From the NCBI GenBank assembly GCA_030704615.1, contig CM060732.1, forward strand, positions 36,084,001 to 36,148,000: a stretch of DNA of 64,000 bases, in the 5' to 3' direction. A model generated the notes under the pieces. It saw only the letters and a program-made list of their open reading frames with translations, ran no database searches and was not told the DNA's origin. This DNA comes from Takakia lepidozioides (taxonomy: Eukaryota; Plantae; Bryophyta). The position numbers and the translations under genes were made by a program. This document shows, in pieces, positions 35,880 to 49,902 of the stretch (positions are counted from its first letter, which is position 1; every line of letters starts with the position of its first letter).

Positions 35880-37169
35880 TAACATGTCTAAAATGTTCAT
35901 ATGTGTTGTTGTTGATGAAAAGCATTTGCAAAGGTTGATTAATTGCAACACATCCCAATAGATGTGGTCACAGTTGATCACAATCCTTTAACAGAATGCA
36001 TATGAGAATAAGCATGTTTTATGTACAACAAAAATTCTTTGAATCCAAGATGCAGGCAGGTGACGATATCGCGAGCAACATAAGCAAAGCTGAAGCAATG
36101 GCTAGGCAACTCAACAATTTGGGCAAACACACGTCTGATTCAGCAGTGATCACCAATATCATATGTAGCTCGTCTTCCAGCTACAAGCACATCATAGCTG
36201 CTTGGGGGCTGATAATGTCCTGAATAGAAGCAAACGATCAAAACTCTCACGACAAGGCTTCTAAAGGGAGAAACTTTGAACAAGGTGAGGGGAAGCTTGG
36301 AAGAACATACAGATCCAGCGTTCTTCTCTATAGGCAAGAAGAAAGAAGAGTACACAAAGAGATCTAATGCAGATCAATACATCATCGCCCTTAAGAAGCG
36401 GAAGAGATGTAACCAATGTAAGTAGATAGGGCTTTGGGCGTGCAAATGCATGAAAGATAAGCCCTACAATAATGCGAGTCAAGCAAATGTATCAACAAGT
36501 GAGACTGCGTCAACAAGTGAGACAAATGAGAGTGAAGCTTTCTCGGTTGACTTAGGATTGGTGCAGATCCAAATGTTTTGTTTGCCGACGGTGGAGCTTT
36601 AGAGCATATGATGGATAGACAAGACCGGTTCAAGAATCTGAAGGCATTCCATAGGGATAGTGGGCAGTTCATGTTGCAGACAACCGACAACTTTGGGTTG
36701 TAGGCATTGGGATATAGATATATATCCATTACAAGATTGATGGAGAAAGGACCAGTGGAGTGATCAAGAATGCCTTGTACGTCCCGGATCTTAAACGGAA
36801 CTTGTTTTCGATGGAACAAGCTGCCGATAAGAATATCTCTACTACATACGAAAAGCAGGGATGTCAGATGCACGATCACAAAGGAAATACAGTCATGGTG
36901 GGGGTATGAGAGAACAAATTTTACCGCTTGGAAATTGAAGTTGTGTCACCTCTGTCACAAACAAATGTGGTTGTTACCTGGGATAAAGCAAGTGACGTGA
37001 TTACTACCGGAGATATCAAAGAAGAACCAGCAAATGGTAGCCTACGGCTCTGGCACCACTAACTAGGGCACGTAAATCTTGGGGCAATAAAGAAGATAGA
37101 TAAGGGCCAAATGGTAAGGGGCTCCACATACTTGGTGATCAAGGAGAGGGTGTTTTTTGTGACGGTTGT
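35880..37169 (+). mobile_element. Highly decayed Ty1/copia gag-protease-preintegrase remnant
   Basis: QQKFFESKM..GDDIASNISK (UBN2-type gag), ADGGALEHM (protease), ALYVPDLKRNLFS, LWHH*LGHVN...FCDGC. Many stops and frameshifts. Confidence 0.85.
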
Positions 37170-37579
37170 AACACCATATTAACTAATTTTGGACTTTTGG
37201 CTTAAATCCGGACCAAACTTAATATATATTTGAATTAAAATTAATGCAAATGTTAATAATATCATGGACACTAATGTGTGATTGAACTTTGTGAAATTAC
37301 AAGTGATGTCATACTTGCTTCAAAATGTGACATATAAAATTTCCATTTGACATTGACGTGCTTGTGAAGTACTGGGAAGTCGAATGATGTAATATTACAT
37401 TATGTAATCACGATAAACAAATGTGTCGAATCGAACATGGGGTAGACTTATACTCTACCATACTCGATATAAGTTTATAGTTATTTTGATTGAATCTATC
37501 CATGTAATCATTCTATCATACGTTATCCAACAAAATTAAAAAAAACATTAAAAGATAATGATACAAATTTTACAAGAGG

Positions 37580-38310
37580 TAACATGGTAGTACAATAAGG
37601 TTTGGAGTTTAAGGAGGGTACTACACTAAGGTTTTTGGTATATGGTAAGAGGAATGGTTTAGGGTGCTAAGGGTCATGTTTAAGCTTAGGGTAAGGATTA
37701 AGGGAAGGGTAAAGGGAAGGGTAAGGGTTTAGGGTTTGGATTTAGGGTAGAAAGGGACAAACAAATATGGAAGACTCACACATGATAGTACAATAACTTG
37801 GTTTGGAGTGTAAGTAGGGTAGTACACTAACCTGATTTTTGGTATATGGTAAGAGTACTAATGGTTTAGGGTAGTAAGTGTCAGGCTTAAGCTTAGGGTA
37901 AAGATTAAGGCCAGGATAAAGGGAATGGTAAGGATTTAGGGTTTGGATTTAGGGTAGAAAGGGACAAACAAATATGGAAGACTCACACATGGTAGTACAA
38001 TAACTTGGTTTGGAGTGTAAGTAGGGTAGTACACTAACCTGGTTTTTGGTATATGGTAAGAGTAATGGTTTAAGGTAGTAAGTGTCAGGCTTAAGCTTAG
38101 GGTAAGGATTAAGGCCAGGGTAAGGGTTTAGGATTTGGATTTATGGTAGTACACAAAGGTTTTTGGTATATGGTAAGAGTAATGGTTTAGGGTACTAAGG
38201 GTCCGGCTTAAGCCTATGGAAGGGTTAAGGGAAGGGTAAAAGCGAAGGGTAAGGGTTTAGGGGTGATGGTAAAGGTATAAATGGACAAACAAATATGGAA
38301 GATTCGCACT
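37580..38310 (+). repeat. ~207-bp-period G-rich tandem array with embedded TTTAGGG/TAAGGG motifs
   Basis: ggacaaacaaatatggaaga at ~37754, ~37962 and ~38283, with repeated ggtttaggg. Confidence 0.85.
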
Positions 38311-39860
38311 CACTAGAACTTGGTGTGTATAATTATGGTAAAAAAAATGGAGAAACAAAGAGGAAAGAACTTGGATTGAATGTTTCAAAACGACGTCACA
38401 ATATAGGAAGGGGCATCACGCAGGTCGTATGTTACGATAGAAGGTGTTGATGTTCATCTTTCCACAGAAATCGTGGCGTCAAGCGGCCTCGGTCAGGGAC
38501 ACTCTAGGCAGAGGGGAATATTATGTCGATTATCAATGCCAATACAGACCTTATGCCTCACAAAACACGTTGCATTGGAGAGGGACGTTGGGATATTTCG
38601 AGAATTTTGCCACCAGAAATGAACTGGAAAAGAATTCGAGAGGAGTCCAACGAGGTGACATTTTATTCGTTGTCTCCTTTTCTTTTTCCAAATATTGTAC
38701 CTCGCTGCCGGAGGGGTTCCCGGCTGTACGTTGCGGGCCATACCCGTCAGCTCACACGCTTGCAATAAAATCAAGCCACATCCATATTGGGACCGTTGAA
38801 TTGGCAAGAAATAGAAGAGGTATTTTTGGTGTTCAATGACTCCATTAAAGAGTCCAGCTCCACTTCGGCCTCTGATCTTTCTTATGCTCTTTGCTCATCT
38901 TAGGCCTGGTGTTGGTTAGTGCATTTTTTTTCTGTTTCTTGCAGGCGTTGACAAAAACTTTGATGGCGATCTCCATGTTGATCCCGGAATCCGCGTAAGC
39001 TATCTGCAGCAGGTGTGTCTTACTAAGTTCCTATCACACCAAATAGCATTTGACTACAGTGTGTTTATGTGTAAGAGGCCAAGAGGAAAATAATTCAACA
39101 TCTGATTTCGGGGGGTGTGGAGGGGTGAGAGGACAGCAGGAAGATGCTGACTAGCTACCTCTGGCATATCACAGATGTGGGACACTCAGATGTTCTCAGT
39201 TGAGCAAACTGCTGCTGGAATACCTGAAGTTGGGGGTGTTATCAAGGCTGTTTAGTCATGAAATAAACCTGTGGTAAAAAAGGGTTCTGAGTACAATGCT
39301 TGGGGTTGGGTTTATACCCTTTGGATTGAGAAGGCAGCTGAACTGTATCGCAGGAACCAGCGCTTGATGATGGAGCAACTGTCATGGACAATATTGAGGT
39401 GGGTGTTATCTTCCATCTTCATAATCCTTTCCCGACCTTCTTTGCCTCTGATCTTTCAAGCTTTAGATCCAAAGCCACAATTAGCAGGACTAAAACTTGG
39501 TTTGTTGAGAAGCTCAATACTCTAGTTCCATCTTTCTCATGGTTTTATGCTTTACAAGTTTTCCTGTGTGCATGGTGCAGCCAGCACTGGCAGAAACACG
39601 GCAATTGCTCGCTGACTTTGACCAGGTATGATGCCTTCGAGCTGTTTTGGTCTGTACTGCTTAGTCCCTTCGGCCTTTTTCGGCCCTCTGTTGCTTAGTG
39701 TCTTTTCGCCTCCGTAGCCTATGTTTGGCTCGTCCCCACTTTTCGCCGGCTTTTCTCTTGGTCCTGGGTGTTTCCAAGGTGTCACGCTTTCACGGCCCGC
39801 CATGGAGGTGAGAGAAATGGGACACCGCCCAGGGAAGGGGGAGAAGAGTATACCACACCC

Positions 39861-39931
39861 GTCAAGTAGCAGGATTTGACCCCAGAATCATCTGGGTAGC
39901 ACTCATTGTGCTTACCGACTGAGCTACTGAC
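39861..39931 (-). ncRNA. tRNA-like sequence (SINE head or tRNA pseudogene)
   Basis: Minus strand GTCAGTAGCTCAGTCGGTAAGCAC...GGGGTCAAATCCTGCTACTTGAC has an A box, a degenerate B box and complementary ends. Confidence 0.55.
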
Positions 39932-40183
39932 TGTTGGTGTTAAATAATAAAGCTGCCAGGGCCTCTGTCCCCTGTTCTGCAACAAAAAAAGAAAAAGAAA
40001 AAAAAGAAAAGGAAAGCAGTGACTTCCGATATCGGCCTCTATGGCACCCCTTTGTTTTTTCGTTTTTTCCTCCTCTTGTATCTGGGCCTGGCCGTGTTTG
40101 TGTACAGGGCCTCTGTCCCCTTTTCTTAGAAAAAAAGAAAAAAGAACAAAAGAGAGGAAAGAAAAGAAAAAGAAAAGAAGAGA

Positions 40184-40587
40184 AGAGAGGCTGAGTGATG
40201 GAAGTGGAGAGGCTGTACAGGTTCTGTGCATAGGTGAACTAAGGCTGTGGACCTGACGGCGTCCTCTGCGTGTGGTCTACTCCTCGTCGCGTGGCTGGCC
40301 TTACCGAGCTACATTCCCCTTATACTAACGCACTCGGAGAGGAAGGAGAATCCTAGCCCTACGCGTGTTTTGAGCATCACACAAAACTGACTCATGTTGG
40401 CACGGCGCGTGCTTCGTTCAAGATTGTCACCACACCAGGCATCATGGACGGTCTTATTCTCCTCCCCATTGAGCTCCTCGACTCTACTCTCATCATCGAG
40501 TACACGTCTGAAGACACAGAAGGACAGAGATTGGAAGTGGAGGTCGAAGAGACGAGGAAGGCAGATGTGGCGTCAAGGCCCAGACAG
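40184..40587 (+). repeat. Dispersed direct repeat, copy 2
   Basis: Matches 34334-34697 with small indels. Confidence 0.9.
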
Positions 40588-43500
40588 AGCAGAGAAAGTT
40601 TGGAGTCTGATAATACCCGTGTGGAAGGAGAAAGGAAAGAAGGATCGCCAAGAGAAAAGAATGGACGAGAGACAAAAACACACACCCCTATGTCCAGCTT
40701 CTGGCAACTCCCATGGGTAATTGAAGGTCGGAAATTCGGCTCTAGGAGAGACAGAGACTCATAACCATTCAGATGGTGTTGTGGGCAGTTTGTTCGAAGG
40801 TAGAACTGGCGAGGACCAGTAACCAACTGTCACTTGAAGAGGGTATAATCACAGTTACAGAATCTCAAGCGGCCTTTATAAGTGTGAGACTATGCCGAAA
40901 TTAGTGCCCTTGGGTTCGTAACATCAGGGATCTCATTTTTTTCCAGCTGCCAGGTATCCAACTGAAGCTACGCGGACTTTGAATGTTTCTAAGTTCTACA
41001 GGGCTTTCTGCTATCCCCCGCCTTCCGTTGACTGCTGGAGGGCCCCTTAGTTTGTTTTGCGGAGTGATGCTTCCCATTGACTCCATGCTGGCGCAAACCA
41101 AGCGAAGGAGATTGCTCGCTTGTGCACGCTCTTGGAAATGATTTTGGATATGGAAGAATTAAACAGGGTCTGCTGCATTGGGGTGATTGAATCCCCGTTG
41201 GACACGGGTAAGGAGATTTTGCAGAGGACACTGGCAATGGTTGCTGTAGGTCTCCCATGATCTATCTTCTGGCGTGCATTGATACAGATCAAATTCTCCA
41301 TAGAAATGTGTGATATGAATTGGGTAGTAAAGCATAGGATTTCACAAAACTATACAGCTCATCTTCCAGTTATGTCCTGCATCCTATATTGCATACCAAC
41401 TTGTGACATCCTGCAATTGAGTTTCAAGTGTGGGATCACTTGCAACTCTAAGGGACACAAATATTGTACTGCTGATGACCATTTGACATCATTCCATGAT
41501 CAGTGGCAGGTCTATTACTTCATACATCAATTGTATGTCTATGCACGACACAACAAGCAACACCATACAAATCAGTCAGTGAGCTATCTGTTTCTTTCTT
41601 GCAATGTCTACACCAGTTGTGTTTTAATCAAGTAGGAAAGAACATCAGTGCAAGATCTGATTTAAAACAAACCCAACTTTGATGGAGGACGATATTTTTT
41701 CAGTACATATGCCAATCATGTTTGCCTCTGATGTTTGCCTCTGTTGCGAGGTTTTATTGCAGAGCAGGATGCCTGAGGTTGCCTGTGAACGTTTTTTGAA
41801 TTGCAGATGGTCCTCAAACTGGTTGACAGATGTCTGTGTGTATCAAGCAAACCAAAGCAAGTATGGCATACACGTTATAGATGCCAGTACAGTTGCACCC
41901 ACCATTAGAAGTTGAGAGTTCAGAGCTGCTTGCGAGTATGTAACAGGAACAGATTTGAAATTCAGAAGACCAACAATCAACTTTCATGTATGAAGAAGCT
42001 GTGCAAGGTTTAGTTGAGGATAACACTGAACTGAACATTGTGATATGAGAGGCCTACCATAACTATATACTATACTACCTTGCTTAACAGCCATACTGGA
42101 GATGAGTACTCCATCTCACATATGTCACATACAATTGCAGTACAAGAAGCTTAATAAGTGCCAATGGACTTTTATATGCAGGGAAGGTACAGAGAGGTAA
42201 CACAGTTCCACTGGCCAGTGATAGAAAACACTGCTAAAGTACATCTACTCTACTCAGATTGAAAGACCATGTTCAAGAGAACTAAAACTGGAACTTCACA
42301 TTACTCTTGCAGAAACTAAACTGAGAAAAGCTTGCATCATTTTGCAGATTGTGAATTTGTGCTGAAGCTACTGTGGTGCAGATGTTCCATTAAGGGGTGC
42401 TCTTTTTCATAGGTTTGGGAAAGATTTTGCAAGTTGAGTGGTCAGCAGCTGCTCCACTTCAGTGGTGATGGCAGGGGACATAAGAGAGGAGCCAGTCATG
42501 TGCTTCAGTCCTGCTAGAAGGACCCTGTACTTGCTTCGCATTCAATTTGTTTCCACTCTCCTTGGGCCCCAAACAGAAGAGAGGATCTGTTAGATTTCCA
42601 TTGCATCAAATTGAAGTGAGGTTCATTTTCCCTCATCTTTTCTAACTAATGCATGCTCAACTACCATGCATTTCCTGGAGATGTCTTTGATTAGGAGTCG
42701 GTCTCAGGTTGAGTATAGGCATATGCAACAATAGTGCTTGCAAGTACTCAAATCCTTTCTCCTCTTGTAGCTGGCACCTTCATATGGTTTTCACTATACA
42801 TGCTGCCTTCTATCACCAGATGATCTGCATGCCATTATGTATGCTTCAGTCTCAACACTTGAGGTCATCAAAAGCAAGGGGAACAAAGTGCACACCACCA
42901 TTGCGAGTGATGGTTACCCTGCTGCATCCAACAAAAGATATGCGGAATAGTGGTGAATCACTGATTAAGACAACAGCACCCAGTCCATACGACAGATAAA
43001 AAAGTCTAAGAATGAGGGACTAATGAGCATAGTGAGAGGTGTACTTACCACATAGCTTACACATGGTGACCATCTGAACTGTTAATGATGATTCGTGTAA
43101 GAGAACAGCGTGTAAGAAAACAGCAGCACAATGACGGCCATACAAAACACTGGATGAAACAGAGACTGCCACCGATGACTACAAGACATCTGCAGCCACT
43201 TGTAATCCACACTATACATCATGCATTAAGCTGCACAAACCGAGCTTTATAGGACTGGAGATCTGCTATCAAGCAACATTACACTGCAATTTTATGGTAG
43301 TTTTCCTCCAAGCCAAATTGTGCACAACTAACACATTACCATGCATGTACCTTCAATCTCTCATTGATCATTGATTCCTCGTATGTGTCAATATCATAAA
43401 TCTCAGCAAATCATGCATCTATCCACAATAAATTCCAAACAAACATGGCCAGAGGAAAAACATTTGCTGGCATCTAGCAGTCAAATGCTTGTCAATTCTC

Positions 43501-43850
43501 TGTGGCAGCACCTTTTTGACATTGACAAGGTACTATCAGCTGTCTTCCAACTCATGCTTGACTTAGTTTTGGTTTACACAAAAATTAGCATCAGCTGCTG
43601 TGACACTAATGTCACCAGATTGCTGTTTAACTATCGGACACCACCAAAAATGGACCGTATTTGCCTAGGTAAGCCTATGATTTGCAAGAGCTTGGAAGTT
43701 GCCAAGTTTGCGAGTGCTGAAATAGGCGTTATCATAGACAGTAGGCCTGACCCATGCGAGGAACCCACCTAGAGCAGTTAGAGTTCAGGGGGAGAGGGTC
43801 ATACTGCTATAATCTCCATGTGGAAACAGATGGAGCCACAAGCAGCCATG

Positions 43851-46800
43851 TCAGAATTCACTTCTTAAAGCACCCCCAACTTCCACAGTGCTGGCATTTG
43901 CCTCAGCCTTTGAAGAATGTGGCACGGCTTTAGAAACCTCATCAGCACATCTAGTTCTCATGCCATCGAAAGTATTGGAAACTGCCTCACTTGCTGGACA
44001 AGGACTCCAGCACCACAGTTCTTTGTAAGGTCCCTCTAACACTCCCTTGCCACCACTTTCCGACATGCTGTTCGGTTCAGAAGACAAGAGAGATGTTGGT
44101 CCGCAATTTGTGACTGGTATTGAATCCACCACAGTTCTGTGAGCAAAAATAGCAATCTGGGAAGCAAAACCAGGGCTGCTATCATCGTCTCCGTCACCGC
44201 CAACACCACCAAACCGAACCTGGTACTCAAACTCGGCAGCGAGCTTGGAGGCCCATCTGCGAAACTCAGCACGGGTCCACTCAAAGCGATGATCATCATT
44301 CCTGAACTTCAAGGGCTCTGCCGCCTCCTTCTCAGGTTTGCTGTTGCCTTCTGAAATGCCCAATTGCTCATCCATAGAATCTTTGTAAGAAGTAAGGCCC
44401 TTGTTGTGAAGGCTGTTGGTTGTAGGGTCCCAGGACGAGCCTTGTAATTTGCAGTTATACTCGGAATTGGGCGTACTTACCATCCACACTCGTGGGACCA
44501 TAGAGCCCAGAACTGCCGCCCCCAACTTTGCCAGTGGCTCTGGGTCCATGTGCTCCACCACCTGTCACCCAGAATGCTTATCTCAAACTCTATTTAGATA
44601 ATTCAGCAAATGGTACTTCGTTCAAAATGGTAGAGCATGTTTCAACCTCAGCCATTTTCAAATGCCCTTAGGAGAGTGGTCCTCAGGTCACACAACCTCA
44701 ATCTATCACTTAAAAGCCCTCAATTGTTGGGTTTCTGTAGACAAGGCCTACCTGCAGACCTCACATCTTCGTAAGCAAATATCCCCTTAGAGACCATGTG
44801 GGCAATTAAGAAATACTCTAGCATTGGTAAGCCAAATCCATGCTTACTTCAATGTCAGTCCCTGTGAAAGGACCACCAACTGACCTAGAGGATGCCACCT
44901 ATTGTAGCAGTAGTTTGCTATCTGTATAGGATGACAAGGGAGTCACATGATCTACCTCAATGCAGGTGGCCACATCAGGGGCATACAGGCGCGGGTCCAC
45001 ATCAGCAATGGAGCCCTCATATAGCGAGAGTCTTTGCAAGCTTGCCCAAGGAACACCACCGCTTGGCTTCGGCTTTGTCAATGTTGTATGCAGTGTCTGT
45101 ATTACATTCCATGCCAGTTTTGAGACTGCTTAGCTATAAAGTAGCATCGGACCAACTTGGCAGTTGTCAAATGCTTATATCGACCACAATGCATATCAAT
45201 AAACAGCTAGAGAGCTACATACTAACTTGGGAGTGTTGGCAGGTAGCTACACTGCACAGAGCTCAACTGGACTACATTGCAAAAGGTTGCTAACCAACTG
45301 CATAGACTTGTCATGGTTTATGAAAGTACTAACCTTGGCAGCACGAATTAGCGCCTTCTGAGATATGTCAACACCCACAATGTGTTGCAGCATGGTGAAT
45401 TCCTCAAGCACTGCCTCAAGCAAACTTCCTGACCCACATCCCAAGTCCACCTGCCCCACCACCATACAGATCCATGCTTGTTAACGAGTTACCTATCCAG
45501 AAGCTCCTTGGTTAGATAACAACTTCCAAATCAACGTTGATCAGATGCTGAAGTGGAGTATAGCAAAGATTCACATGCAACAGCACACACTGACAGGCAC
45601 CCCAGAATTAGTTTGAAATTGGCACTAGTCAACAATGTTATACCAGAGATGTCGCGTTCATCGCCCTGATTATAGCCTGAGCAAACTCAACACGCTGTTT
45701 GGACAGTGGTGGTGAGAAATGAGCTGCTTCCATCCTGTCTTCAGGTGCTTCCATGTACTTGACAAGCTTCACAATGTACTCGAGTGATTCCTCTTCTGCA
45801 GAGCAAACAAGCCACATCATCCCCAGACACCGGATGAAACCCTATTGTACTCGCTTTGTAGTGAAGCCCCACTTTACATACCAGACTGAATATGCAATAG
45901 AAACAATGTTCTTATTAATAAACCATGCACAGCAACAACGGAGTCTCTTATGTACTGGCTGGCTGCATCCTCACCATGTGACGGCTGGACCAGACTAGCA
46001 CAAGCGGCAAGCAGCAAAGCAACTGGCGGGACAGGGGTATAGAAGCGGGAAGTTTGGCCCACACGAGTATTGGTCACGCATGCATCAAACGCACCAGTCA
46101 CACCCCCGACACCAAGTTCAAACTCAAACTCAGGCTGTGCCTCAAGAACTGTTTTCTCCACGGTGCCTGGAGAACCACAACTTCTCACACCTTTTATCAA
46201 GCTCACGGTATAGCTCACAGAAACCATTGATCCACTAGGAGGATTCATACCAACTTCATCCTCCTCAGCAATGACCTCAAAACTCAAAGCCTCTGTCTTA
46301 GGAGCTCCCTTCTGTTCTATAGCGTGAGTCGTTAAGTCATCAGGCCCAGCCACTACTACAGCATCATTTGCTGCTAGGCGCTTGCTGCAGCTGCAATTCG
46401 AAAAAGAACTAGGGTAATTGGATTTGCAAGGCTCTTGCATTGCTGTGTAGCCAGGAAGGTGGGCGTCACACCATGCACTGTAATTCAGCACAGCTTTCAG
46501 TGCAGCACTCTGCATGGCATCATGACGGGTTCTGCGGAACCCCTCTGATTCAAACTCCAACATGCTTTTGTCTCCAACAGAGGCAACTATCACTTTGTAC
46601 CTAAACGGCCCGTGCGTCTGTGCTCCAGGCTGTTGATCCTTGACATCTTTCCCATCACCAGCCTCATTGTTGGAGATCTTCTGTCTGTCATCTTCTACAT
46701 TACATAAACCCCCTTCTGCAGCTTTCTCCTCTTTGGGCTCAGAAGCAGGGAAAGTGCAGACAAATTGAGCTTCAGGAAGGTGGCGTTGCTGGCCAAAGTC

Positions 46801-49800
46801 AAGCAAAAGAGCTTTTGGGTTGGCACCCCGCCACTGGGCTTTACTGCTAAATATGGTTGGAAGATCAGCTGCTAATGCAGCTTCCCTGCCGAGTTTGTAG
46901 GCTCCACTAGGGGACCTCCCCATGATCAGCCTGCATTATGATGCCATTCCTGTCATTGTGTTACTTAACAGTCCCTGGCTGTGATACATGCCCTGTGAAT
47001 TGCAAGTAATGCCAAGGACAGATTTGTTGAGGATTTGTCCTCCCAAGAAGCTCAAGCCTCAACAAACACCAGATACTAAGAAACTCTGAAAGCAAGAACA
47101 GTAATAAAAATTACTTAACAAAACCCCTTTCCAATACTCTATTTAGTGTCCCAAGTTCTTCCTCCCATGCCTGGTTACCAATGCATATACTGATTCAGCA
47201 AGATGTTCTTAGTGTTTGACTCAAGCTCATCTTTGTGTAGCAAGACCGTAATCATTTCCACAATTGAGCATCCACAGGATCGGCAGTCATGCATCCATGG
47301 CTTCACACATTGCGCCGGTATTCAGCTTGGAGGAATAAGGAACAGAAAGAGTATGGGATGGGGAACTACCTGTAATAGCAATTTAAAGTGACATCGCTCC
47401 AGAAGCACTTCCCTTCAAGATGCCAAGAAGAACCGACACAAGCCAGCATCGCATCACCATAAACAGGGTGACCCATCAGCATGCTTGCTCTCTCATTTTT
47501 AAAAGTGAGTCCTTCCGGATGGCGCAAGGCTTCCATGGTCACATCCTTGTGAGCAGCATCTCCATTGGTCACACTCAATTTGTCCTTGAGCGGCTCCACT
47601 CCAGGGACCTGAACTGCAGGCAACTTGTCCCTGAGTGCCCAGTACACACGGGTGCCACTGGGGGCCTTCCCAAGAGACCTGCAGGGACCGAGAGCGAGGC
47701 CACCTTCTGATCAGAAGTGGGAAGATTGTCGTTTCCTAAGGCTGACTCAATTTGTCTTGTTGGGTTGTCAATATACCAAGAATAGGGCCCCACAGTTTTA
47801 TCATCAGCAATGCCATTTGCAGTTCAATCACATATGGCAATCAACTTTGCTACATGAACCACACACAGATCCACATGTTTTTCAAGCATACGTGAGCAGA
47901 TTATCCACATTCAGCCCTCAGACCCTGGACAAGCAGAACAACCATCTAACCACTAGCTGAACCCCAGGAACGGTGAGCTCTACAGGAACAGCAAGGAAGG
48001 GGGCTGGACCTGGTGAGAAAAACATGTCCAGCATCAGGAACACCCAGCTCATGAGCTAGCACATCCAGATAGTAGGCATCTGCTGCTACAGTCACCTGAA
48101 CAGTTGTCACTGCCTTTTCCACACTGGCAGGAATTCGCACAGACTGAAACTGGTGGACTTCTGATGGTGCATTTAAGCTATTCTCTGGTGGCAGGGCCTG
48201 TGTGTCAAGTGGGTCTTCCTTCTCACGGAGAAGCTCAGTCACAAACTCTGCAGAAAAAGGCTCCACCCGGCTGATCCAAAGTCCATCATCAGACAGTTTA
48301 AGAGACGGGCATGTAGCAGCAGCCCTGCAAACAAGTGCTGCAGCATAAGCTGTGCTAGTTTCCGAGAGCTGATTGATGGACTTGCACTGTGATGTAACCT
48401 TGGTGTCCAGGACTGTTAACACAATGGCTGGCACTTGGCCATGTCGTGAGCCCTTGCGCTTTACAGCTGCTCGAAAATGTTCCACCATTGGCTTAAAGCT
48501 CAGCACCATCTGCAAGAATCCCATCCTTATCATAAGATCACTTCTGCCACGCTGGTTCACAATGTACATAATACTGATATCTGAGAGTCCGATACTGTAC
48601 ATCATCAAGCTTACTAATGACAACTTTCTAGATCGACATTCTGGGCGTCACTGGCATAATAGAATTCTTCTCTTTCACCAATCACATGAAGGTGGGGAGA
48701 AGCAAACTTGATCAGTAAAGGCAGATGCAACTTTGTAACGCAGAGAGTCCCACTTCTGAGGCACAGTCAGTATTTTGGGACCTGGATCATAGCCCATCTG
48801 TCCACCATGCACGCACCAAGACATCCGGATCAGGCATCCCCCATGTTTCTCTGAGCTCCCACCACCATTTTATTTGATCAGAAATTTCACAGGCATAAGT
48901 TTCAACAAAATGCACCAGATTACCACAGAGTGACATTTGTTTAACATGGGTACTCCTAGAACTTCGAAATTCAACACTACTTGTCCACATCTGTTTCTCC
49001 CTGCTGTGAGCAATTAGAAAGAGTTTTTCATCATATCAATTCTGTTAGAATTGTAATGAAAGGGAAGTCAACCGCACTACGAAAAACAGCTCAGGAACTG
49101 AAGCATTGGTGTGTCCCCAGCATCTGGGATCATTGCACCAGACTGGAGAACAATACACCTTATCCAAACTAAGGACCGAAACGCCATATAGAATAGACTG
49201 TCAGATTCATGGCAGGTAAGTAACATATTTCTTTTCTTTGTGCTCCATCGTCACACAAGTGGATGCAGGATTGTGTATCCAAGCAAAGAGATGAAACAGC
49301 AACGTCTAAGATTCAGTGATAGATTTACAGCGAGGCAGATTGAAGAAGTGGCTGTGTAATTCAAAGAATCCAAACATGGCACAGAATTGGATGCAGAAGA
49401 TTCAAATATCCAAATAACATGCTTATCAGATAACCGCGTGGTAATGCATATCATGGCATTGCTGGTACAGATGAATGCGAGCGTAGATTTCAACATTCCA
49501 TTCAATTCGACAGAATTCCCTCCAAAGCACCCAAGCTATGAAACCATTTCCTCGTCCATCACGGCGATGCGTTCAAGCAGAGAAATTTAAGTCTCAACTG
49601 AGAACAAAGAAGAAATCCCTCTATCCCGCAACCCAGACAACCTGCACCAATGCCAAGCGGGCAGCATCCTGCTCTGCATCCTTCTTGCGGCGGAAGGCGC
49701 CGGACTGCACAGTGCTGCCACCAGGCAGACGAAGCGTACATGCAAACATCGGCGGCTCTTCCTTGATCAGCGTCATATCCAGCCGACCCTCTGGGCCCAC

Positions 49801-49902
49801 TGCCACCCCCGTCTGCAATGCTCCCACTGCCTGTGTGTCATACTGACACTTCTTCTCAGACACAAAGAACAGCTGATGCAGCCTTGCCTTCGCTGTTGCC
49901 AT
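43851..49902 (-). CDS. HEN1: Small RNA 2'-O-methyltransferase HEN1; exons 49902-49642, 48797-48708, 48509-48010, 47678-47370, 46930-45975, 45796-45644, 45450-45334, 45096-44956, 44561-43851
   Basis: dsRBD (FRRKKDAEQDAA), second dsRBD, FKBP-like domain (PPSGSMVSVSY..FEFELGVG), FSPPLSKQRVEF, VDLGCGSGSLL, CIEVVEHM, STPNSEYN, FRNDDHRFEWTR. GT-AG junctions in phase. Confidence 0.96.

Noticed and set aside
34334-40587. The two ~360-400 bp direct repeats as LTRs of the Copia remnant between them
   Set aside because: No TG...CA ends, PBS, PPT or TSD found, and unrelated material lies between. Better treated as a local duplication.
40700-41300. Protein-like minus-strand fragments
   Set aside because: Many stops and no motif I can assign.
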